Virus record (IMG/VR): IMGVR_UViG_3300042905_004067
DNA from: a virus
DNA length: 64,000 nucleotides
Strand: one strand, 5' to 3'
The translations under genes and the position numbers were made by a program. This document shows, piece after piece, positions 9,685-17,038 of this stretch. Position 1 is the stretch's first letter. The number at the start of each line of letters is the position of its first letter. Below the pieces are notes generated by a model that saw only the letters and a program-made list of their open reading frames with translations, was not told the DNA's origin and ran no database searches.

Positions 9685-10122
9685 ATGATTCCAACAGAAT
9701 TGATTTCCATGCTTGGTGGTGGAGTCACTGGGTTTCTTTTTAGATATTGGGCGCAAAGAGCACAGGATCAAAAAGAAATGTTCCAGATGGCAATGGAAGC
9801 AAACAAGCAAACTACAGAGAATCAAGATAAAGCAGTAAAAAGAGTCCCAATTGATGTTGGGCGTGGTGTTCGACAACTCATAGTATTAACAGTACTATTT
9901 GCTACTCTTGCTGCACCTTTTATTCTTCCATTCTTCGGTGTTCCAACTTTTGTAGAAATTGATGCAAAAAATCCAGAAGGGTTGTTTGGATTGATTCCAG
10001 AAACCACAAGAAAATTCTTTGTTCAAATAAATGGGTTTTTGTATACATCTGAGAATAGACAAATTCTTCTCAGCATAGTTGGTTTTTACTTTGGTTCAGC
10101 AACAGCATCAAACAAGTCATAA
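9685..10122 (+). CDS. Multi-TM membrane protein, holin-like
   Basis: Hydrophobic segments at the N-terminus, middle (LIVLTVLFATLAAPFILPFFGV) and C-terminus (ILLSIVGFYFGS, as in 3TM holin-like families); strong GGAGG SD. Confidence 0.55.
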   Translation: MIPTELISMLGGGVTGFLFRYWAQRAQDQKEMFQMAMEANKQTTENQDKAVKRVPIDVGRGVRQLIVLTVLFATLAAPFILPFFGVPTFVEIDAKNPEGLFGLIPETTRKFFVQINGFLYTSENRQILLSIVGFYFGSATASNKS

Positions 10123-10131
10123 GGAACAAAA

Positions 10132-10428
10132 ATGAGAATTATTATTCCATTACTTTCTACACTCTTGGTGGCTTGTGACACAACTCCAAGAATAATACCA
10201 GATACAACTCCAGATAATCCAATCATACTTAGTATGAAGGATAGAATTAATGAGCCTGGTTTTGCTCAACCACAATCATATAATTGGATTTTTTGGTATG
10301 CTCCTATTTTAATTATATCTTTACTTTGGGCATACCGAGAATTTATTCGTAACCCCCTTTTGTGTGATGATGGAGAGCAAAAAGACGAACCAAATGAAAC
10401 AAAAAACACACCAAAAGAAAGTGTGTAA
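10132..10428 (+). CDS. Lipoprotein with a C-terminal TM segment (unimolecular spanin-like)
   Basis: Signal peptide with lipobox LLVA-C15; C-terminal TM WIFWYAPILIISLLWAY; directly follows the holin-like gene. Confidence 0.55.
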   Translation: MRIIIPLLSTLLVACDTTPRIIPDTTPDNPIILSMKDRINEPGFAQPQSYNWIFWYAPILIISLLWAYREFIRNPLLCDDGEQKDEPNETKNTPKESV

Positions 10429-10431
10429 TTT

Positions 10432-10620
10432 GCTCCAACGGGTTTGAATGCAACAGTGGGCTAATGCGAAAAAGGAATTAGTATGGTTTTACCGAAGCAC
10501 CCTCACCGTGTAATTCTCCAAAGGGGACCCCTATTTAAAGGAGGTGATCCAGCCGAGACACTTTGGGAAAATCCTCAAATGAGAGGCGTTGATAAGGTTA
10601 ACCCTACTTCAACTGTTGGT
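10432..10620 (-). ncRNA. Candidate structured ncRNA carrying an exact copy of the 16S rRNA 3' terminus (anti-Shine-Dalgarno)
   Basis: ORF-free, GC-richer intergenic block. The - strand at 10555-10537 reads CGGCTGGATCACCTCCTTT. Multiple nested stems with G-U pairs on the - strand, a cUUCGg tetraloop, and a TATAAATA promoter immediately upstream. Confidence 0.65.
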
Positions 10621-10624
10621 AGAG

Positions 10625-10632
10625 TATTTATA
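10625..10632 (-). promoter_or_regulatory. Perfect T4 late promoter TATAAATA driving the intergenic ncRNA candidate
   Basis: + strand TATTTATA at 10625-10632. No ORF lies downstream on the - strand before the convergent gene at 10428. Confidence 0.7.
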
Positions 10633-10662
10633 CGCTACACAGTTTTGAAGAAATAAATCATA

Positions 10663-11223
10663 CTATTCTTCGGCAGATATTTTCTGCCAAAGGCTTTTGC
10701 AAATATAGTAAGAGTCAACGATGTCGGAAACAGGGTTTCCGACATCTTTTTTTAACGGAGTAATTATGTCTTTAAGGAATACGCCAGTTTCCGAGATGAA
10801 AGCCTGATACATTGCTTCCTTGTCCGAGTTGCCCTTTCCCGTCGCATTTTTCTTCACTACTGTTGGTGGTATTGTTTCGATTGGAATACTCTGCTGAAAG
10901 AGTTTGTACTTGAGAATACCCGTATTCTCCGCTATGTGGAATACTCTTCCCTTTGCCGCGAAGGCATAATCTTCTAGGCCAACCATTGTGCAACCTATTA
11001 AATACTGTATTGCCCAATCTGATATTGTATCGTATCTCTGACATTCTGTATTATACTCCTCAAATGCCTCTCCACGGACATTTCCTAAAAAAACGGTGTG
11101 CATTTTCTTAACATCTGATAAAAAATAAACCATGCAACGGTCAAATCGGAAAGAACCCGATGCCGTATTGTATATGCATATGCTTGGAGAAGTAAGGCTA
11201 TAATCTATACCAGCAATCACCAT
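10663..11223 (-). CDS. RuvC-like Holliday junction resolvase
   Basis: IAGIDYSLTSP, GLEDY, PPTVVKKNATGKGNSDK, DIVDS catalytic pattern. Confidence 0.8.
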   Translation of the reverse strand: MVIAGIDYSLTSPSICIYNTASGSFRFDRCMVYFLSDVKKMHTVFLGNVRGEAFEEYNTECQRYDTISDWAIQYLIGCTMVGLEDYAFAAKGRVFHIAENTGILKYKLFQQSIPIETIPPTVVKKNATGKGNSDKEAMYQAFISETGVFLKDIITPLKKDVGNPVSDIVDSYYICKSLWQKISAEE

Positions 11224-11227
11224 AAAA

Positions 11228-11995
11228 TTATTTATGGGAGTTTACAATGTTCATAATCCAATCATGGTATATAAAAACATGAGTTGCTGAGTTTTCAAAT
11301 ATTGAGCCGTCTTTAAAACCAAGAGAAGATATAATTCCTGCTAATTTACCTCCATCTTCAAATAAAGCACCACCCGAATCACCAAACCAAACTGATCCTT
11401 TTAATGGTAAAAACTTTATGTAACAGGGTTCTTCTAAAATTGTTCCATAGTAAAAAAATGTGCCTGGATCACTTATTTTTTTTGTTGAATAACTATATCC
11501 AACTGTTGTAAGTTCTTCGGTTCGACTTAGTTCGTTTAATTCTTTTAACAAAGTTGCAGGAACGTTATCACATGGTGTTTCTAATATAAAAGCACCAATA
11601 TCTCCTAAACTGGTGTCTTGAATATAAGTTTCATGAATAAGACATTGAGTTATTTTAAATCGTTTGCAATCATTCGTTTCAAACCAATATGCATTAGTAT
11701 CTTTAATACAGTGTGCAGCAGTCAAAACCACTGTTGGTGAAACAAGAACAGCACTTCCCACTAAAGTCCCATCCTCTTGTAAAACCTTCCCCACACAACC
11801 AAAAGGATCGGGTTGTCCTTCCTTTATAATCGTAAATCCGTTTGTAACAAACGATGGTAATTCCGTTGAACAATCCTCAACCGCTTCGGGTTGAACTTCT
11901 TTTGGTTGTGTGGGGTTTGTGTTGGTAGGAACACCTTTGCAGGCGTAAATCGTCGCAAGGGAGGTAACTAGGATGGCTACTAGTAACCTTTGCAT
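11228..11995 (-). CDS. Trypsin-like (S1) serine protease, predicted lipoprotein
   Basis: LTAAHC (His), GDIG (Asp), GDSGG (Ser); signal peptide ending IYA-C. Confidence 0.85.
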   Translation of the reverse strand: MQRLLVAILVTSLATIYACKGVPTNTNPTQPKEVQPEAVEDCSTELPSFVTNGFTIIKEGQPDPFGCVGKVLQEDGTLVGSAVLVSPTVVLTAAHCIKDTNAYWFETNDCKRFKITQCLIHETYIQDTSLGDIGAFILETPCDNVPATLLKELNELSRTEELTTVGYSYSTKKISDPGTFFYYGTILEEPCYIKFLPLKGSVWFGDSGGALFEDGGKLAGIISSLGFKDGSIFENSATHVFIYHDWIMNIVNSHK

Positions 11996-12000
11996 GTAAA

Positions 12001-12007
12001 TATTTAT
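12001..12007 (-). promoter_or_regulatory. Late promoter ATAAATA positioned for a leaderless transcript
   Basis: Motif ends 5 nt before ATG 11995. Identical geometry at 11229-11235 before ATG 11223. Confidence 0.5.
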
Positions 12008-12023
12008 CTGCCTAATTTAAAAT

Positions 12024-12956
12024 TTAGGCATTTTCTTTTATATTTTTTGCCACCCACTCAGCGACATTTACAGTAACTGCATTTCCCATTTGATTATATC
12101 TTGCACTATCTGATAATCCTTCTGTCCAATTGTCTGGGAACCCTTGAAGCCTTTCGCATTCAACAGGAGTCAAATAACGAGTTCTGTTTTCGCTTTCAAT
12201 TACTAGCACACTTGATCGTTGACGGACATCGAACAAATTTAAAGTATTTGCATAGTTTGTTTGAATCCATGTTTCATAATCTTTATTTGTTTGTGCTTTT
12301 CTTGATTTTCTTATGGTTTGTGGGTATTCGTTATCATATTCGTCAAACAAGTTGCTAAAGGAGGATACAGAGTTTTTCCGTTCCGATTCCCTCTTTCTAA
12401 TATCCCCTCGCAGGTCTGTGTGTAAATTGAGTATTTTTGAGGCACGTTCTCCTGCAAGATCTGCAACAATGAAGACTCGTTCTCTTCTTTGGGGAACACC
12501 GAAGAATCTGCTGTCCAATGTTCTCCATGCGATAGATTTAGGACACCACTGTTTAACCATTTCGTAGAGAACGACGGCGAAATCCCTTCCGTTATTGCTT
12601 GTGAGCATTCCGGGGACATTTTCAACCACCACGAAGGATGGTTTTGTTGGCATGTCTCTGACGATTCGAATAAATTCATAGAATAGACCTGATCTTTCTC
12701 CTGCTAATCCCTTTTTCTTTCCGGCAACCGACAAATCTTGACAAGGAAATCCTCCTATTACAATATCCACTTGTTCTACTTTGGTTGGATCTAAAGTACA
12801 AACATCATCATATATTTTTGTATTAGGAAATTGTTTTGATAAAATTCTTCTACAAGTTTTTTCTTTATCACACGCCCATGAAATGGAAAAACCTTGACGC
12901 TCAAAACCGAGATCAAGGCCTCCCACTCCAGAAAACAAAGAACCAACTTTCATCAT
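12024..12956 (-). CDS. dcm: DNA (cytosine-5) methyltransferase
   Basis: LFSGVGG (motif I), GFPCQ (IV), ENV (VI), QRRER (VIII), RYNQMGNAV (X). Confidence 0.92.
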   Translation of the reverse strand: MMKVGSLFSGVGGLDLGFERQGFSISWACDKEKTCRRILSKQFPNTKIYDDVCTLDPTKVEQVDIVIGGFPCQDLSVAGKKKGLAGERSGLFYEFIRIVRDMPTKPSFVVVENVPGMLTSNNGRDFAVVLYEMVKQWCPKSIAWRTLDSRFFGVPQRRERVFIVADLAGERASKILNLHTDLRGDIRKRESERKNSVSSFSNLFDEYDNEYPQTIRKSRKAQTNKDYETWIQTNYANTLNLFDVRQRSSVLVIESENRTRYLTPVECERLQGFPDNWTEGLSDSARYNQMGNAVTVNVAEWVAKNIKENA

Positions 12957-14875
12957 GAAGTAATATCAACTACCTCGCATTTATCACCGCTGCAAGCAAA
13001 GGTTTGAGTACCTGAAGTTTTATCTTCTTTTTCGTATTTTACAAGATTGCTCCAATCAACATTTGTTGGCATTTTTGCAACTAATGCCTCGTACTCTTCT
13101 TTGGTGCATTCTTGATATGGTGCTTGACGATAGGTATGATCACTGTGTGGTAAGAATGAAATACCACTGATTTCGTCAAAGTGTTTGTACACCCAAGATC
13201 CAACCTCCATCCATTCATTTTCGCGAACAGTCACGGTTATGCTTGGCTTATGTTCACACCAAAACCGTTGATAAGTTAACCAAAGTTGTAGGTGTTCAAT
13301 GGCACCCAAATCATTACGAGTCATGCAGCCATCAGGTGACTTGGTTGGAAACGAGAATACCATAACTGAATCTGGTTTCATTACGCACTTTTCATGTGGG
13401 AACCCCATGTCTATCATCATTTTGCACAAAGGATCTTTTTGATCTGCTCGCACTGTTCTGATGTAATATTGTGAATGTCTTGGGTGAATACCAGAAGCGG
13501 CGTCAACAAGTTGAGATACAGTACCAGATGGTTTTACGCAAGTAATTGCGGCCGCAGGCTCAATGCCAATTTTGTCAGCATATTCCTTGTTTACCTGTAT
13601 GGCAATATTCTTCAGTTTGACAAGACCTCTTTCCAAAGCAACAACATCGTTTGCCAAATTTTCATTGTCCAAAATACCAGTTAGAGAAACACCAAGTAAT
13701 GCTTCTTCTTCACAGTTTTTCTTCCATTCACTGGAAAGGTATGGGAAGTTCGTCAGGGACGCTTGGAATGTACCTAGAATCGTCGCTAAACGGACTTTAC
13801 GAGCAAGATCGTCTGCGGTGTCAGTAGAACGAACAACTACTTCTGTTAGATTACAGAACTCTCTATCACGAAGAATAATCTCTGAGCATGGATTTGTGCC
13901 AAATTCATAATTTGGATCTCTACGATCTCCTAATTTCGCAACAGTCTTTTTGCAAGCGTCGCGATTAAAGATACCACGTTCGCCGCTTTTGCTCTTATAA
14001 AGAGATAACCATTCTTCCATGAAAATGCCCATGTCTGGTTTTTCTTTATAGGCAACTGAGTTGTTTGCAAGTGCGCGTTGGGGATGTTCATTCCACCACG
14101 CACCAGATTTTGCATCTCGCATCCTCTCATCAGTGAGATTACTGAGTGAAATAAGTGCGGATCGGCGCACACCTCCAACCACGACAACTTCTGCAATTTT
14201 ACAAACGATATCGTGACATTCAATGGACGTAAGTTTTCGCCCCGCACCTCTTTTAAAAGTTTCAGTAGTGAACTTAAAGAGGTCTTCGAGTGGCCCCGGA
14301 CCAGATGCTCTTCCACCAAATGTTTTGAGTCTTGCGCCAGCAGGACGAACTTTTGACACATCCCATTTTGGTATTTGACCACCAATAAGTAGGGATACAA
14401 GTTCCCTATATGCTTTAGCCCAACCAGCTTTGCTATCTTGCACAACAATAGTGGTTTCACTGTTTGTGAACTCCTCTGCAATAGTTGGTAATTTCTCAAC
14501 ATATTGTCTTTCGACGGAGAAGCCCACGCCTGTTCCACACATGAGTATGTATAGAATTTCATCAAATGCTCTGACTCGGTTGACTGCGACATATGAACAA
14601 TTATAACCAGCAGTGTTGTCTCTGTCTAGTGCTTCACCCGCAGTCATAAGGGCTCGCATTGATGGCATCACTTCAAGTTTAATTACTGCCGTTTCAAGTT
14701 CACTTCTTAATTCAGGAGTTAACTTAAAATTATTTTCTTCCTTCAACTTATTTTCAAAAAAGTTAAAGTACCTTTTGACGGTTTCTTCCCACGATTCACG
14801 CCGATTTTCACTTTCAATCCATCTTGAGTAACGTGAAAGGTGAATGAAATCCTGATAGAGGCTTGGTAGACTCAT
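12953..14875 (-). CDS. nrdJ: Class II (adenosylcobalamin-dependent) ribonucleotide reductase
   Basis: MPSMRAL, YNCSY, GTGVGFS, VVVGGVRRSA, TNPCSEI, CVKPSGTVSQL, C-terminal CSGDKC; no beta subunit gene nearby. Confidence 0.92.
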   Translation of the reverse strand: MSLPSLYQDFIHLSRYSRWIESENRRESWEETVKRYFNFFENKLKEENNFKLTPELRSELETAVIKLEVMPSMRALMTAGEALDRDNTAGYNCSYVAVNRVRAFDEILYILMCGTGVGFSVERQYVEKLPTIAEEFTNSETTIVVQDSKAGWAKAYRELVSLLIGGQIPKWDVSKVRPAGARLKTFGGRASGPGPLEDLFKFTTETFKRGAGRKLTSIECHDIVCKIAEVVVVGGVRRSALISLSNLTDERMRDAKSGAWWNEHPQRALANNSVAYKEKPDMGIFMEEWLSLYKSKSGERGIFNRDACKKTVAKLGDRRDPNYEFGTNPCSEIILRDREFCNLTEVVVRSTDTADDLARKVRLATILGTFQASLTNFPYLSSEWKKNCEEEALLGVSLTGILDNENLANDVVALERGLVKLKNIAIQVNKEYADKIGIEPAAAITCVKPSGTVSQLVDAASGIHPRHSQYYIRTVRADQKDPLCKMMIDMGFPHEKCVMKPDSVMVFSFPTKSPDGCMTRNDLGAIEHLQLWLTYQRFWCEHKPSITVTVRENEWMEVGSWVYKHFDEISGISFLPHSDHTYRQAPYQECTKEEYEALVAKMPTNVDWSNLVKYEKEDKTSGTQTFACSGDKCEVVDITS

Positions 14876-14911
14876 GCTTTATCTCCTGATTGAGTTGGTG
14901 TTTTATATAGT

Positions 14912-15619
14912 TTAGTTTGTTGTCAAAACTTTCCAAGAAATTGGAAATAATTGGTCTATAACTTGACCAATTGCATTTGCATATTGTTGACATTCCCACT
15001 GTGCGTGTGAATCTGATCTTTGTTTATAAACGCGAGAGAAAGCAGACAATGATCCAGTCCACCACCACTCTGTGTATGTTGACTGAGGAAGAACAGAACG
15101 AGCCTGTTCTGGTGCTACTCCGCGTTCTAATAATTCATTATAAGTTTGAACTGCTTCTCGCACAGTCATTTCGTAATGACGATTTACAGTATTATATTTT
15201 TCATCAATTGGCATAAAGTCTTCAGACCCTTGTTTTGCTCCGTTTGTTGGTTTTCCTCTCCAACGTGGTAAATAAAATTGAGGAGCATCGCTGACATAAC
15301 GACGAGAAACTTCGTTTTCTACAAAACCAACTTTATGCTTAAATAGTTGTGTTCGAATAAAAATTGGAGCCTTGATGCGTAGAGTAATTTGAGGATGTGC
15401 AAATGGAGTCCAGTGATTATGTTTTGCAAGGTACTTTATTAGTTTTTCATCTCGACTTGACAGAACTCCATGTCCCTCATGATCGTATTCTTCCCAAATA
15501 CTTTCTTTATTAAAAGAAACTCTAGCAGCATTTACTACTGTTAGATCATCTCCCATATGCATAACATACTCAACATGACCCTTATCAAGAACCTGAATCT
15601 TCATTGTTTCCGTCATCAT
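14912..15619 (-). CDS. thyX: Flavin-dependent thymidylate synthase
   Basis: VNAARVSF, HWTPF, RTQLFKHK...NEVSRRY, EQARSVLPQS, HAQWE. The start may be ATG 15604. Confidence 0.93.
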   Translation of the reverse strand: MMTETMKIQVLDKGHVEYVMHMGDDLTVVNAARVSFNKESIWEEYDHEGHGVLSSRDEKLIKYLAKHNHWTPFAHPQITLRIKAPIFIRTQLFKHKVGFVENEVSRRYVSDAPQFYLPRWRGKPTNGAKQGSEDFMPIDEKYNTVNRHYEMTVREAVQTYNELLERGVAPEQARSVLPQSTYTEWWWTGSLSAFSRVYKQRSDSHAQWECQQYANAIGQVIDQLFPISWKVLTTN

Positions 15620-16025
15620 TTTTTTTGTCCTCGTCTTCTGTGAAATAAAAACTTACTCTACCAGAACCACCATAGTCGGCTGAATATTCTACTGCCTTTT
15701 TCCATAAAACTGGATCAAGTTCTTTTAGTTTTTCTGAAAATTTCAAATGTATTTTTAAAACCAAATAAAAGAAGGTTTCATCATCCATTGATTCATTTTT
15801 TCTTTTATATGCAAAAAACTTTTCACCGTCTTCTTCCTCAATTGAAACTTCAATATCCATATTTGTTGCAAATGAATTTGCAAAGTCCATTGCCTTGTCG
15901 TGAACTTCAATATTCATTTCCATCGCATATTGTTTTAAATGTATGAAAAAATTGAAGAAAGCATCTGTCATTTCTTCGCCATATTCTTCATAAAATTCTT
16001 CGTCAAACGCTTCTTCTTCGTTCAT
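15585..16025 (-). CDS. Acidic hypothetical protein with an internal duplication
   Basis: ATG 16025 overlaps the primase stop; two similar FF...HLK...KA(M/V)(D/E)(F/Y) segments. Confidence 0.6.
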   Translation of the reverse strand: MNEEEAFDEEFYEEYGEEMTDAFFNFFIHLKQYAMEMNIEVHDKAMDFANSFATNMDIEVSIEEEDGEKFFAYKRKNESMDDETFFYLVLKIHLKFSEKLKELDPVLWKKAVEYSADYGGSGRVSFYFTEDEDKKNDDGNNEDSGS

Positions 16026-17038
16026 GCTTTTTTCCATTCATTGAACTTTAATTGTGCTTCTAATCCATTGTAGGTATTTTGTTTTATTATTTCAACAATT
16101 TGTTTTGTAGTTTTTCCAGATAGAATCATATCATTAATATCTTTTTCTTTGATCCTATTTGGCCAAATCACAACATTAAATTTGTTTTGAATAAGTTGTC
16201 CTATGATCTTAACAACTGTTTTGTTTCGTGGCTCGTTGTCTATTACAAAAATTATTTCCTTGTTTTGTATTACTTCTGGCAAAATTACAGAACCATCTAA
16301 ACCAAGCATTGCAACACCATTTGGGAGAAACAAAGAATCCAAAGGACCTTCAACAACAAAAACTGGTTCGTTTTGAATTCTATTCAAACCAAACCACAAA
16401 CGATCTACATTTACTTTTTTAATTGTAATATAACGAATTGCTTTAGGATTATTTCCTAGATATCTTCCCTGAACACCTACTAAATTGTTGTCTTCATCAT
16501 AAATTGGTATCACCAATCGTTGTTCTTTTATTAAATCTATTTTAGATGGATCTAATGTTTTTGCAACTAAACTAAAATCTTCAGTGTAAAATAAATTACT
16601 GAACGAAAATTCTGGCAATTTTCGTGTCTTTACATATTGTTTGCAGATATGATCATCTGGTAAAGAGTCAACAGAAACACAACCAACTAATGATTGTTTA
16701 TTTTCAAATTTTGGTTTTTCAAATTTAATTACTGGTTTTTTATAATTAGATTTTCCATTTTCACCATTTTTCCATCGTTCAATTGAATACTCTTTGCAAA
16801 TGGATGGAGCAATCTGTTCTAAAAAATTATACAAGTTACTACTGTAATTACAGTTATGACATTTATAGAAAAAGTCATTTCCTTTTTGAAAGAAGAATCC
16901 TCTTGCTCTATTTTTGTTTTTCTTTGAATCTCCGCAGATGGGACAACGGCAATTTGCAAGAGTTTCTTTTTTCCAAGCAAACTTTTCAAGTTTGGGTGAA
17001 ATTATATTGATAAACTTTTTGTCAATATAGGTGGACAT
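16022..17038 (-). CDS. gp61: T4-like DNA primase (gp61)
   Basis: Zn ribbon CRCPICGDS...CHNC; TOPRIM VVEGPLDSLF, DNEPRN, KDINDM. Confidence 0.93.
   Translation of the reverse strand: MSTYIDKKFINIISPKLEKFAWKKETLANCRCPICGDSKKNKNRARGFFFQKGNDFFYKCHNCNYSSNLYNFLEQIAPSICKEYSIERWKNGENGKSNYKKPVIKFEKPKFENKQSLVGCVSVDSLPDDHICKQYVKTRKLPEFSFSNLFYTEDFSLVAKTLDPSKIDLIKEQRLVIPIYDEDNNLVGVQGRYLGNNPKAIRYITIKKVNVDRLWFGLNRIQNEPVFVVEGPLDSLFLPNGVAMLGLDGSVILPEVIQNKEIIFVIDNEPRNKTVVKIIGQLIQNKFNVVIWPNRIKEKDINDMILSGKTTKQIVEIIKQNTYNGLEAQLKFNEWKKA

Noticed and set aside
10537-10600. Strong SD for a small + strand ORF
   Set aside because: No start codon at 5-10 nt spacing, and complementarity extends well beyond what an SD needs.
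10429-10662. 16S rRNA gene or fragment, tRNA, or tmRNA
   Set aside because: The 16S match stops after 19 nt (the expected continuation CAGGTTCCCCTAC is absent). No tRNA T-loop or CCA-type ends and no tag ORF are seen, so it is called a candidate ncRNA instead.
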